Below are positions 20,135-30,541 of a DNA stretch of 64,000 nucleotides, piece after piece. Made by a program: the position numbers and the translations under genes. The stretch comes from a bacterium (GTDB lineage Bacteria; UBA8248): contig CBDATS010000008.1 of assembly GCA_965200245.1 (NCBI GenBank), positions 192,001-256,000 on the forward strand, given 5' to 3'. The notes below the pieces were generated by a model. The model saw nothing but the letters and a program-made list of their open reading frames with translations. It was not told where the DNA came from and did not search any database. Positions within the stretch are counted from its first letter, which is position 1. Each line of letters begins with the position of its first letter.

Positions 20135-20370
20135 TTGAAAATCAAGGGATTACAAAGAAAAATCAAATAGATAGAAGAAATTTATCTATTTGATTTTTCT
20201 CTCTGTACGTCTCTGTTTATCCTGAAATGTCCATGTAACAGCCATAAAAACGTCCACTCGATTTTTCTTCAAGTTACTGTCAGATATGGTTATGGGCTGA
20301 ATTGAAGAGGACGGCACATTCTTGCTGAAATGGGTCGGTCGCGCGTGACGCGCGGGGTTGTCATACATTC

Positions 20371-20520
20371 GTGCGCAATGGCTACCTGCCGTCTCGAGAG
20401 GTATTGACGGAAATTGGCCCGGTGCGGGTTCGTGTGCCGCGGACGCGGGACAGGAGTGGCGCGGGCCGGTGCTCCAGCCCGGAGTTGCTGCCACCTTACC
20501 TGAAGAAGACGAGGAGGGCT
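20371..20520 (+). pseudogene. IS256-family transposase fragment
   Basis: RNGYLPSREVLTEIGPVRVRVPRTRDRSG...LLPPYLKKT matches the IS256 RNGY...G.V...VPR.RDR...LPPY segment; rest absent. Confidence 0.85.
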
Positions 20521-21016
20521 TCAACCATGTGGTCATTGTCTCCAACAAACACCGCGAGAGAGACGGGCTTGGATGACGAGAAGGTCAGGTTGCGTTCGGG
20601 TCGGTGCCGGATAATGTCCCCATTAACCCTGCGGCCTAGTTTACGTCCCGAACCGTCGGAGATTACGCTTTCGAGCACCGAGTTCATTCATCTCTCGTAG
20701 AAATCCGCAATGGTACCTTGAGCGCATTTGGGAAGGGGTGCTTTGTTGGCGATGCCTAGGCATATCCAATTCTGAATGACAGGAAATTCCTTTCGCAGGG
20801 CCACAAAATCCAGGACGGTTGCCATATGTTTTTTGCTCATCAGCCTTTCTTACGGGAGCGTTTCTACCCGGCTGTTGCATAGCCACTCTCGAAATTCCTA
20901 GTTTACGTCCATATCCTGGACAACACGGCTCCCCAAAACGGCTACACTCGGAGAGCACGCCTGTTCAATCGGCTTGTTCTGCAGGCTGGTGAGCGACGAA
21001 ACCATTAGCGATAACA

Positions 21017-24000
21017 TCAGGCTCCCATCGGTCCGTTCTGCGGAGAATGCACGTCCACTTCTTCTCTCGTCAGCCATTTTCCTGCCCAGATACGCCATCC
21101 CAGACGCCCCATGTCGTTGCTGATTAAAGAGATGACAGGCACCAGGATCAGGGTGATGACAGTGGCGAAAAGGAGCCCGAAGCACATGCTGATTGCCATG
21201 GGAATAAGAAATTGCGCCTGAAAGCTCTGTTCCAGCAGCATCGGCCCCAACCCCGCGGCCGTCGTCACCGTTGTCAGAATAATCGCCCGCCATCTGGAAA
21301 CGCCGGCCAGATAAAGCGCATCCTCGACCGGCATTCCATCTTTGATACTCCGGTTCGCAAAACCCAGCAGCACCAAAGAGTCGTTCACCACCACGCCGGA
21401 AAGTGCCACGATCCCCAACACGCTCATAATGGATAGGGTGTGTCCCATGATGACATGGCCCCAGACGGCACCCACGACTCCAAACGGAATGGTTGCCATG
21501 ACGATGAGAGGCTGGAAGTAGCTCCTGAACAATATAGCCAAAATTGCAAAAATAACGGCAAGCGCAAAGGCAAAGGCACGAAGAAGGCTGGCAAATGAAT
21601 CTGCACTCGCTTGTGCCTGCCCCCCGAATCTATAGCGTGTTTCCTCGTGGCGACTCAATATCTTTGAAAAAAAATCTTTCTCCAGATCCGTTATGATTTC
21701 GGTGGGATTCGCACGTTTTGGGTCAACCTCGGCCGTCACGTTGACGACTCTGCTACCGGACATTCGCTTGATTTGATCCAGCCCTCGCGTCATCTTTACT
21801 TCTGCTACTTCGTGGAGCGGTACTTCTGCCCCCGAGGATGTTCTGATTCTGATTTCTCTCACATCCTCGATGGAATTCCTCTCATCCAGTGGATAGCGCA
21901 ACTTCATTTTTACGTCATCGCGCCCGCGTTGCAGGCGCAGAACCTGTAGCCCGAAAAAGCGTGCGCGCAACTGCTGTGCCAGATCGTCGAGGCTCACTCC
22001 CAGCACCCGGGCTTGGGGTTTTAGTGATGTTCGTAACTCGAGCTTCCCGTCTCTGAAATCGTTTTCGATGGTGTGAACCCCGGGATACCTCCTCAACTCC
22101 TGCGCAAACGCCATCGACACTTTTTTGAGGTCATTGATGTTATTCCCGTAAAATTGCACGTCGATGGGCTTTCCGCCAGGTGGCGTATTATTTATTGGGT
22201 GGAAGTGAAGGGTCACAACATCCGAAATTTCCCCCGTCTTGTCGCGCCATTGATTGGAAATTTCTTCCGAATTGATTCCCCTGGCTTCCGAGGGAAGCAA
22301 TTCGGCAAATAACAATCCTGCATGGCTGCCTCCCCTTCCGGGCATCGCAAATACGTGCTGGATAACCGGCTCCCCCGTTCTTGATTGCAAGTCTTTGTTG
22401 AGAGACAGGATTGCTTTCTCAATTTTTTCTGTGGCGAGTTTGGTTCGCTCTACCGGGGTGCCTCTGGGAAATTCGAAACCCGATACCAACCAGTCGGAAT
22501 CAAGCTTTGGGAAAAACAGGAACCTCACATGTCCGCCTACGGAAAGTCCTATCGTTAGCATAAAAATCGCCAACGCAATGGCAGCGACCAGGTACCTGGC
22601 GTCAAGGCAAAACTTCAGAATCGGCCCATAGATCCGGTGGATCAGCATGTTCACCGCCCTGTCGATAGCACCCCTGATACGTGATCCGAGCGTATCCTTC
22701 TTCGCAGGTCGGACCCAGTGGGCTAGGTGTGCTGGCAGGATGAACAGCGACTCGATGAGCGAGGCTATTAGAGCTGCGATGATGGCCAACGGGAGCATCG
22801 CCATAAACTTCCCGAGGTTGCCCTCCATCATCGTCAAGGGGATAAAAGCTACAATGGATGTCGTAACTGCGGCGATAACGGGCAAAATCACCTCATGACA
22901 ACCATCTATAGCAGCCTGAATACGATTTCCCCCCCTTTGCATATGAGAATAAATATTTTCAGCCACGACGATGGCGTCATCCACCAGGATTCCAAGAACC
23001 ATGATAAAGGAGAACATGGTTATCATGTTGAGCGAACCACCGGAGACATGCAGGAACCCGAGCGACGTCAGTAGGGAAACGGGAATTCCCATCGCCACCC
23101 AGAAAGAGAGGCGAATGTTCAAGAACAACCACAGGGAAATGAATACCAGCACAAGGCCAATGCGCCCGTTTCGCAAGAGAAGATCGAGACGGTTCTGTAT
23201 CAGGCGCGACCTGTCCCCCCAATACGAAAGGTGAAGCCCCTTGGGCAGTTCTTTTTGTTTTTTCTTTACGTATTCCTGGATTGTTTTCGCAATGCTGAGG
23301 GCGTCTTCCGCTCCCGTCCGAAATACCCTGATAAGTGTCGCTGGCTGTCCGTTGAACCGACCCGATTTGTCGTTTTCTTCAAAGCCGTCCGTCACGCGGG
23401 CGATGTCGCCGAGCCTCAGGATGGTGCCATCCGGGCGCGTAAGTATTTCAAGCTGCTCGAACTCCCTGCCCGTATAACGCTTTCCCAGCGTTCGGACTCT
23501 GATTCTTTGCTCCGAGGAGCGGATGTCCCCTCCCGAGAGTTCGAGTACGTTTCTGCGAATGATAGACGCAAGTTGAGCGAACGTAAGACCGTGACGCCGC
23601 CGCGTCTCCTCGGACACCTCAATCGTGATTTCCCACTCCCGCAATCCGTCCATCGTTATCTTGGAAATGTTGGGCATCCCCAATAAATCGTCTTTCACCT
23701 CAGTGGTCCTGCGCTTGAGAATCCACTCCGAAACTTCGCCATACAGTGAGAGATAGCCTACAATGGACCTTTGCTTTACTTCCGTGATTACAGGTTTTTC
23801 GATATCGGCGGGAAAAGTGTTGATGCGGTCAATCTCGGAACTGATATCTTCCATCAACTCCCGGGAGTCGTCTACCCAGGAATGCAGCTTCATGTTCACG
23901 TTGCAGCGGTGCTCGAAGGCGGTCGAGGTAATTTCTTTCACTCCCTCCACGCTGGAAATGGCTTCTTCAATCTTGATGCAGACGCCTTCTTCCACTTCTG

Positions 24001-24172
24001 CAGGGCTCGCGCCCTCCCATGTCACTTGGATGGTCACCGCGCTGAGCGAGAACTCCGGGAACTCTTCGCTTCTGATCTGGAAGACGGCGATAACGCCGAC
24101 GATGAGCATTATCACCATTAAAAGATTGGCAAAAACGGAATTATGGGCAACCCACTCTATAACTCGCTTCAT
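21017..24172 (-). CDS. RND transporter permease (AcrB/AcrD/AcrF family)
   Basis: 1051 aa; GASPAEVEEG, LGILVDDAIVVAENI, GVVVNDSLVL, RWRAIILTTVTT and QAQFLIPMAIS motifs. Confidence 0.93.
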   Translation of the reverse strand: MKRVIEWVAHNSVFANLLMVIMLIVGVIAVFQIRSEEFPEFSLSAVTIQVTWEGASPAEVEEGVCIKIEEAISSVEGVKEITSTAFEHRCNVNMKLHSWVDDSRELMEDISSEIDRINTFPADIEKPVITEVKQRSIVGYLSLYGEVSEWILKRRTTEVKDDLLGMPNISKITMDGLREWEITIEVSEETRRRHGLTFAQLASIIRRNVLELSGGDIRSSEQRIRVRTLGKRYTGREFEQLEILTRPDGTILRLGDIARVTDGFEENDKSGRFNGQPATLIRVFRTGAEDALSIAKTIQEYVKKKQKELPKGLHLSYWGDRSRLIQNRLDLLLRNGRIGLVLVFISLWLFLNIRLSFWVAMGIPVSLLTSLGFLHVSGGSLNMITMFSFIMVLGILVDDAIVVAENIYSHMQRGGNRIQAAIDGCHEVILPVIAAVTTSIVAFIPLTMMEGNLGKFMAMLPLAIIAALIASLIESLFILPAHLAHWVRPAKKDTLGSRIRGAIDRAVNMLIHRIYGPILKFCLDARYLVAAIALAIFMLTIGLSVGGHVRFLFFPKLDSDWLVSGFEFPRGTPVERTKLATEKIEKAILSLNKDLQSRTGEPVIQHVFAMPGRGGSHAGLLFAELLPSEARGINSEEISNQWRDKTGEISDVVTLHFHPINNTPPGGKPIDVQFYGNNINDLKKVSMAFAQELRRYPGVHTIENDFRDGKLELRTSLKPQARVLGVSLDDLAQQLRARFFGLQVLRLQRGRDDVKMKLRYPLDERNSIEDVREIRIRTSSGAEVPLHEVAEVKMTRGLDQIKRMSGSRVVNVTAEVDPKRANPTEIITDLEKDFFSKILSRHEETRYRFGGQAQASADSFASLLRAFAFALAVIFAILAILFRSYFQPLIVMATIPFGVVGAVWGHVIMGHTLSIMSVLGIVALSGVVVNDSLVLLGFANRSIKDGMPVEDALYLAGVSRWRAIILTTVTTAAGLGPMLLEQSFQAQFLIPMAISMCFGLLFATVITLILVPVISLISNDMGRLGWRIWAGKWLTREEVDVHSPQNGPMGA

Positions 24173-24330
24173 CGTGTGTCGTTCAGAAGGAACATCCGTG
24201 CGCTATAGGAAATCGGCTCGGCCCTCAAAATACGATTACACCTCGACTCGCCGATGAGCCAGGATGGAATCTGCGAACGGACAAATGTATTAACAACGCA
24301 GGCAAAACTCGTGTATCCTGCACATCCCAA
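24169..24330 (-). pseudogene. 5' fragment of a paralogue of the 24383-25408 gene
   Basis: LGCAGYTSFACVVNTFVRSQIPSWLIGESRCNRIL aligns with MKRTGYSDFASVLDTFIRSQIPPRLIDEPGWNRLL; TTG start with AGAAAGGAAG RBS; truncated at the RND gene. Confidence 0.8.
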
Positions 24331-24382
24331 CTTCCTTTCTCTCAGAAACCTGCCCTCGGCGCAAGTACCAACCATTTCTGTC

Positions 24383-25408
24383 TCACGCAGCGCGCAGGAA
24401 ACAAACGATGTAGCCTTTTACGCTGGTTTCCCGTTCCCCGATGACGACTTTAATATGATTGACGCCCCAAAAGAGGTGCATCATCTTGCCGTCGGGGCCG
24501 AAGAATCGCTCGCTGCCGATGCAACTGATCAGTGCGGCACCCTTGTCAGCCAGAAACCAGCCGCGGTCCGCCATCGGGGAGAGGAGCCTGCCCCATGCGC
24601 CGTGGTCGGTCGATTTGTTGAAATGGAGTTCCATTCCCATGCGCGGGCTCAGTCCTTCTCGCGTTAAATCGAGAGATAGATAGACACGGTCCGGGAAATT
24701 CTCGATCATCGTCAGAACGTCCTCGACAACCACCATGCGTCCGGGATGCCCCATAGCCTCCAGAAAGGCAGAGATTTTCGCCCGGGGACAAAACATCACC
24801 AATCTCATGGGCGAGGGATTGCGTCCTTGCATGACGGCGCACTAACTCAGGCGGGTATTCGGCGGAAAAACTCGCCAGATCCCTTCGAGAAAGTGCAAAC
24901 GACGAGGATCCGGCGCTCCCCCCGTGGCAAAAGCCAGCGCGGCGTCGACTATACCCGCGTTTAGGTGCTCTACGCGCCCGTCACGGCGAAGGTTGAGAAA
25001 CAGGCTTGGCAGGGGCAGACCGTGTTCTTTCAATGTGGAGGCAACATCGTATTCGAAAATCGCGGAATCGAACAGGCCAGAAAGAAAGGAGTCGGGACGT
25101 GCCAACTCATCAAAATAGTTCGCCAGGGCCGCGGTCGATGCGTCGGTTTCTTCCCGGTTGCCGCGCTCAATCAGCCAGCGCGCCATCGGCGAGTCCGGCA
25201 GAACCGCCAATGAAAAGTCGGCACCAGCTTCCGCGTCGGAAAGGTCACATTCGAAGCCGAATTTCGCGTCCGCCACAGAGGCGGGCAACTCCGACATCCC
25301 TTCAAGAAGACGATTCCACCCCGGCTCATCAATCAGCCGGGGCGGTATCTGCGAACGGATGAACGTGTCGAGCACAGAAGCAAAATCGCTATATCCCGTA
25401 CGTTTCAT
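24383..25408 (-). pseudogene. putative peptide prenyltransferase-like RiPP maturase interrupted by in-frame TAG (24844-24842)
   Basis: ORFs 24842..25408 and 24383..24832 are in frame (NTRLS-TAG-CAVMQGR). FGFECDL...ADF...FEYDV...PSLF...LSLDL...PRMGMEL...NHIKVV...KGY pattern resembles proteins found beside NHLP/Nif11 precursors; the function call is inference. Confidence 0.6.
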
Positions 25409-25527
25409 CTGGATTTTCCGACACCTCTATCCGGCGCGGAAAAACCGGAAGGGACCTGATATTTTGCTATCATCCACAACTCTAATACTGCCAATAATTA
25501 TCTCTTTGATTAAAATTAGCGGATATC

Positions 25528-25557
25528 AAGATTTGCGGATTTAAGGAAATAATTACC
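25528..25557. repeat. degenerate copy of the 6493-7450 element terminal inverted repeat
   Basis: AAGATTTGCGGATTTAAGGAAATAATTACC vs CAGACTTGCGGATTCAAGTATGTAATTCCC: 23/30 identical by manual alignment. Adjacent GGATAT also matches the sub-terminal sequence of the left IR. Confidence 0.75.
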
Positions 25558-25753
25558 TAGGATAGGGATACTGTGTGCTCCAAAATGTCAAAGGCCTCAG
25601 AAGCCGGGCACACAGGGAACATCTCACCCATGAGCGTGGGTTTGCCAACTCCTGTCTGGCCGCAATCACTTCAAACTCGTGATCCAAGACCCAAAAGGGC
25701 AGGACAAGGCATATGCGAGGGCGAAATTCCTGTTCTGACGAGGGTCAATAACG

Positions 25754-26710
25754 ATGCACTTCTCTCCTGACACAACGTGTCGTATGCGCGATGCGATCGA
25801 CAGGGGCTTGACGTTTCTCGATTCATGTGTGGGTCACGACGGGCAATGGCCTTCCTATTGCTCTGGACGGGTAGGGGACCAGTATATTCAAAAGCACGAA
25901 GAAGGGAGTCCCTTTTTCGCCATGCTGGGTGTTCTTTCCCTTTCGGAGATTGACGACTCGCGCGCGCGAAATATTGTGGGAAGGACGCGCCGGCACCTCT
26001 CTGAGACAATGCTCTATCTCGGTATCTGGAGATACTGGGATGCGCTGCCCCCCTATGCCGATGACTCTGCCGTAGGCTCACTGGCCCTCGGGCCGCATCC
26101 CCTGTTGCTCGCCGGACGCAATGTCGACCTGTTTCTCCGCCATCGCAACGACAGCGGCTTGTTTCTGACTTGGTTCGAGGGCCAGACACCCGAAAACGAC
26201 GTGGACTCCGTCGTTAATGCCAATGTGGTTGCCTACCTGGGTGACAATGGGGAGACGCGCCCCGCCCATGAGTGGTTGAAGTCGCTGGTGGAAGGCGGCG
26301 GGGACTTGAGCGAGACCATGGTCTACTATAAAGAGGATATGGACCTCTACGGCGCGCTCGTTCGAGCTAGCGAGTACGGCAAACCCGCCTTTGCAGGATT
26401 GCGTTCTAAACTCGGCCACCTGATTGAAAGCGCGTGTAAGGAAGGGGTGACCTACGGGGATCAGTTGCGCACCGCTCAAGCTCTAGTCGCGCTGGCGGAA
26501 CTTGACGCGTTGCCATCGCTGGCGAAACTCGAACAGACGATGGATTTCATTCTTTCGAAACAGAAAGCCGACGGCCGATGGCCGGAATCACCAGGTTCCT
26601 ATGGCCCCCGGCCGCCCGATCCGATTCGAACCCTGGTCTTTTGCTCCCAAGCTTATGATACCGTCCTATGCATTGAGGCGTTGCACAAGGTTTTGGCCAG
26701 AGCCGCCTGA
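25754..26710 (+). CDS. prenyltransferase/squalene-hopene-cyclase-repeat protein (class II terpene cyclase-like)
   Basis: QW-type repeats (FLDSCVGHDGQW; FILSKQKADGRW), LPPYADDSA at the DxDD position, and DVDSVVNANVV motif. Confidence 0.7.
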   Translation: MHFSPDTTCRMRDAIDRGLTFLDSCVGHDGQWPSYCSGRVGDQYIQKHEEGSPFFAMLGVLSLSEIDDSRARNIVGRTRRHLSETMLYLGIWRYWDALPPYADDSAVGSLALGPHPLLLAGRNVDLFLRHRNDSGLFLTWFEGQTPENDVDSVVNANVVAYLGDNGETRPAHEWLKSLVEGGGDLSETMVYYKEDMDLYGALVRASEYGKPAFAGLRSKLGHLIESACKEGVTYGDQLRTAQALVALAELDALPSLAKLEQTMDFILSKQKADGRWPESPGSYGPRPPDPIRTLVFCSQAYDTVLCIEALHKVLARAA

Positions 26711-26767
26711 GATATCCCTCATATTCCAATATCTACCCAGCACGCCCCGATACAGTTTCGGCACTGC

Positions 26768-27064
26768 TCACCGGCCCTTGTGGCCTATGGAGATTGATCT
26801 CTTCTTCTGCCTTCGATGTGGTGGTGAAGAATCCCTGCACAGCCCTGCTAACTGTTCATCGGTCAAACGCGGGCTGAGAGGTAACATCAGATGAGTGCGT
26901 TCCATGTTGTCTTCATGAACCTCCAACTTGGATCCATCCGGGAAATTCACCGTAGAACTCTGCCGCGGTGACTGATATCGGCTCATTCAACGGCCAGGCC
27001 CGGACCGCTTCATCGTGTCCGCCTTGCCGAGGATGTCTTCTCCGATCTGCTTTACCGGGCACAT
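26768..27064 (-). pseudogene. second NHLP-leader RiPP precursor, multiply frameshifted
   Basis: Stitching frames gives MCPVKQIGEDILGKAD/DEAVRAWPLNEPISVTAAEF/VNFPDGSKLEVHEDNMERTHLMLPLSPRLTDEQLA/AVQG.., colinear with the precursor at 6924-7183. Confidence 0.8.
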
Positions 27065-27598
27065 CGTACATCCGCTCTCGAAAGAATAGGCATGGATTAT
27101 ATGGCCCGCAATGCGTTTCCCTGCATTGTTATCACGGCATATCAATGAAGTCCCCGTCCCGGAACTTAACCAGATGTCCAACGCCTCGCTGTTCTGCATG
27201 TTCCGTCGCTATCGCCATATGCGGCTCGCAACGGGTCAATCCGGTGGCAGACACGCCGAGTCCCCCACCGGCCAAATCGCACACCTGCACAGCCTGTAAC
27301 CGGTGCTCAGCACCCGTCTGCCCGGGTCGGGGGTACATCTCCGCACTATGGTGTGAAAAGTCGCAACATGGCTTCCTCGTAGGTTGTTGTGCCCGTCCTT
27401 CATATCCCGAGATGCAATTCCAGTGGTCTGGCCAATTTCATGAGACTGGTCAAACCCGTAATAAACGGAAATGGTTTTAGGATATTTATTTCACATGAGG
27501 TAATTTGTGCGACGGTTTTCTGGACACCTTCATGACGAGACGAAGTTGCCCGGAACATTCCAGGGTAACAACAAAGGGCGCAGGGACGACGGCGCTTC

Positions 27599-30541
27599 TC
27601 ACGCCGACTGGCGCTTTAGGAAATCGCGAAACAGGCCATCGGCCTCACTGAGTTCCTCGAACGTGCCTTCCCGGACAACCTTCCCGGCCTGAAGAACATA
27701 TATGCGGCTCGCCTGGCGGATGGTGGAGATACGATGAGCAATGACGACCCGCGTTGCACTGGCTTTCTCTATGCCTTCCATGGTCAATTTCTGGCTCTTC
27801 GCATCAAGCCAACTGGTGGCTTCGTCAAGAAACAATATGCTTGGCTTGCGCACCAGCGCCGCCGCAATGCGGATGCGTTGTTGTTGTCCGCCGGAAAAGG
27901 TCGAGCCGGTTCCACCCATCGGAGTGTGCATTGCCATCGGCATGGCGGAGATTTCCTCGTTAACCGCAGCCTGCCTGGCCGCCTGCCAGGCGTCGTCTAT
28001 GCTAAGGTTTTCATCCACGCCATTGATGTTACTCATCACTGTGCCCGGCAGCAGGCTGTTTTCCTGCATAACCACGCCGATCTGGCGGCGAATAGAATCG
28101 GGATTGAGGCGGGCAAGATCGTGGCCGTCGTAATAGACCGTGCCGGAAGACGGCGTTTCGAGGCCGAGTGCGAGGCGGACGAGAGTGCTTTTCCCCGACC
28201 CGGATTCCCCAACGATGGCGATGAACTCGCCCGATTTCGCGCGGATTGTTACGTCGTCGAGAACGAGTGGGTCAGATTCCGAATAGCGAAAACTCACATG
28301 GTCGAAGAGGATTTCGCCGCTCAATTTCACTTCTACTCCGTCATGCATCCCACCCTCGGGCAGTTCTTCCATGATTTCCCGTGACTGTTCTCCAGAAGGA
28401 ACAAGCGATGCGATCGTCTCGAATGACAGACTGAACATAATGATCGATCCGACGAACATCATTGACGCAGAGTAAACGACCAGGAAGTCTCCGATCGAGA
28501 AATGAGCCCTGTCCTGGGTGAACGCGACGGCGATGACCGCAGCAGTCCACAAGGGAGGAACAGAAAGGGCGAACGCCACCAGGCATTCGTTCACCCGTGA
28601 AATACTGATCTCGGCCAGCTTCTGGTCCCGGTACTGTCGTGCCCACCATGCGTAAGCGGACGGCTCGGCCCCTGTCGCCCTCAATTTGCCTATTCCGTTG
28701 ATTAGCTGGAAAAGATGACTAGCCAGCTTGCGCACGGCACTGAAACGGCGTCGGTGATGTTTGATCTGGAGCAGGCCAAGGGCGGCGGTGAGACCTAGAG
28801 TCACGATGCCAAGGACGAGAATCAGCCATCCCATCGCGGTATTGTAGACAAAAACCAGAGCGAAGGTTGGAAACAGGAACAGCATGGATAGTATTGCGCC
28901 GGACGCTATAGCAGAAAACTGGTCGCGAATAACCTGGAACGTCATGGCCCGCGTCGCCAGTTCGCCGGCGGTGAACTGGCGGAAAAACGCCGGGCGTAGC
29001 CGCAGGAGGCGATCCCATATCGCTGCCACGACGCGAGTAGTAGCCCGGCCTTCGATTCGCATCATCGCTGTACCGCGCAACATGTTCAGGAATCCCGTCG
29101 TCACTGCCATCAGCAACAACAGACCGGTCACATATACCAACGGCCTATGTTCGCCCGCCGGCGCCAATATGTCAGCCAAAAGACCGATGACTGTGGCAGG
29201 AACCAGCAGAATTGCGCCAGCGATTATGCCCGCTAGTATCACCTGAATGAAATCCTGAGTCTGCTTCCAGAATGCGGTACGGAGGAGGTCACGGGGACTG
29301 GCTGGTCGATCGGTAGGCAGGGGACGATGCACCATCACGGCATCGTCATTAAACTCGGCGGCATTCGCCGCAGTTACGCGCCGGGATGCGCCCGACAGAG
29401 GATCGATGCAACGATACCATCCGAGACGCCCGGGAATTAGCGCGACCGGCTGGCCATCGTTGCGTCGAGACGCAATCATCGCGCCACTGTCTCCATACCA
29501 CCATCGATCTTCCTCCTTCAGTCGTATGCATCGAACGCGCAAACCCGATGCAATCAGGACCGCATTGAGGTCGTTTTTCGCTTCAGCGGTTTCAGGGACC
29601 TGAATGGGTATGTCTTCATGGGCACCGACGAGCTGCAAAGCTGCAAGGAGTCCGGATTCATCGTCAAACTCTTGACGACGGAATTGGTCGATAACGGAGA
29701 AAAGACGATGCCGAGAAGCAGACTTGTTCTGTCTGCGCCATGTTGTCCGGTCGCGCTGGAAGTTCGCCTCGTCTGCAAGCAGCAGTAGGCGGTTAAGGGC
29801 CTCGACTGCAAGCGCGAGTCGATGAAACTCCGGCAAATGGAGGGACACCAGGTCGGCAAGCGCTATATCTTGGGAGGACATTGCTTCGATCTCGGCCGAC
29901 TCGGGCAGCGTAGCCCAGATTCCGGGGCTGAGCGGCATCAACCCCGACTGTCCAGAACCTGCCTCTTCCGTGCCTAGATAGGACGCCCGGACATCAAGGC
30001 CATGAAACCAGATAACTCCCCGTTCCGAAGAGATGATACCCGATGCGGTTAGCGTCAATCCGGCTTCAAGCAAGCTGTCGGCACGTGGCCTCGGGTCGAT
30101 ATCGCGAATGATCGCTTCGGCGAATTCGCGAACCCAGGTATCGACCTGTTCAGTCAAGGCGGCACGTGCCATCTGATCGGGCAGGCAGTCCAGCAATTCC
30201 GCGAGCGGCACCGGGCGCAGAATCGCACCGGGAAGTCCCTTGGCAATCAGACTAAACCCGGAACTATCATCACTGTTCTGGCCAAACAGGATGCGACCGC
30301 GTCGTGCGCGAACCATGTGCTTGAAAGCTGATGTGGTGTTATCGTCATGACACTCAACCACGAAAACATCGACCGTGCCACGTTCCACAACCCAGGCCAT
30401 GTTCGAGTCGTCAAGCCGCATTGGCCGGTTGCCGGCGCAGGGAACAGGTTTTCCGAGGGAGCACAAAATCTCTGCGAATCCAGCGCCATCGCCGGGTTGT
30501 TCCGATGTGGTATTGCGATTAGGCTGATCGGATGAGTTCAT
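27599..30541 (-). CDS. NHLP/NHLM bacteriocin system ABC transporter, ATP-binding/permease subunit (no peptidase)
   Basis: N-terminal WVVERGTVDVF extension, WWYGDSGAMIA, TM domain, GESGSGKST, FSGGQQQR and LFLDEATS. Confidence 0.9.
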   Translation of the reverse strand: MNSSDQPNRNTTSEQPGDGAGFAEILCSLGKPVPCAGNRPMRLDDSNMAWVVERGTVDVFVVECHDDNTTSAFKHMVRARRGRILFGQNSDDSSGFSLIAKGLPGAILRPVPLAELLDCLPDQMARAALTEQVDTWVREFAEAIIRDIDPRPRADSLLEAGLTLTASGIISSERGVIWFHGLDVRASYLGTEEAGSGQSGLMPLSPGIWATLPESAEIEAMSSQDIALADLVSLHLPEFHRLALAVEALNRLLLLADEANFQRDRTTWRRQNKSASRHRLFSVIDQFRRQEFDDESGLLAALQLVGAHEDIPIQVPETAEAKNDLNAVLIASGLRVRCIRLKEEDRWWYGDSGAMIASRRNDGQPVALIPGRLGWYRCIDPLSGASRRVTAANAAEFNDDAVMVHRPLPTDRPASPRDLLRTAFWKQTQDFIQVILAGIIAGAILLVPATVIGLLADILAPAGEHRPLVYVTGLLLLMAVTTGFLNMLRGTAMMRIEGRATTRVVAAIWDRLLRLRPAFFRQFTAGELATRAMTFQVIRDQFSAIASGAILSMLFLFPTFALVFVYNTAMGWLILVLGIVTLGLTAALGLLQIKHHRRRFSAVRKLASHLFQLINGIGKLRATGAEPSAYAWWARQYRDQKLAEISISRVNECLVAFALSVPPLWTAAVIAVAFTQDRAHFSIGDFLVVYSASMMFVGSIIMFSLSFETIASLVPSGEQSREIMEELPEGGMHDGVEVKLSGEILFDHVSFRYSESDPLVLDDVTIRAKSGEFIAIVGESGSGKSTLVRLALGLETPSSGTVYYDGHDLARLNPDSIRRQIGVVMQENSLLPGTVMSNINGVDENLSIDDAWQAARQAAVNEEISAMPMAMHTPMGGTGSTFSGGQQQRIRIAAALVRKPSILFLDEATSWLDAKSQKLTMEGIEKASATRVVIAHRISTIRQASRIYVLQAGKVVREGTFEELSEADGLFRDFLKRQSA

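Noticed and set aside
20686-20715. Left partner end for the degenerate IR at 25528-25557
   Set aside because: Only the 10-nt core AAATCCGCAA matches; the terminal 15 nt do not.
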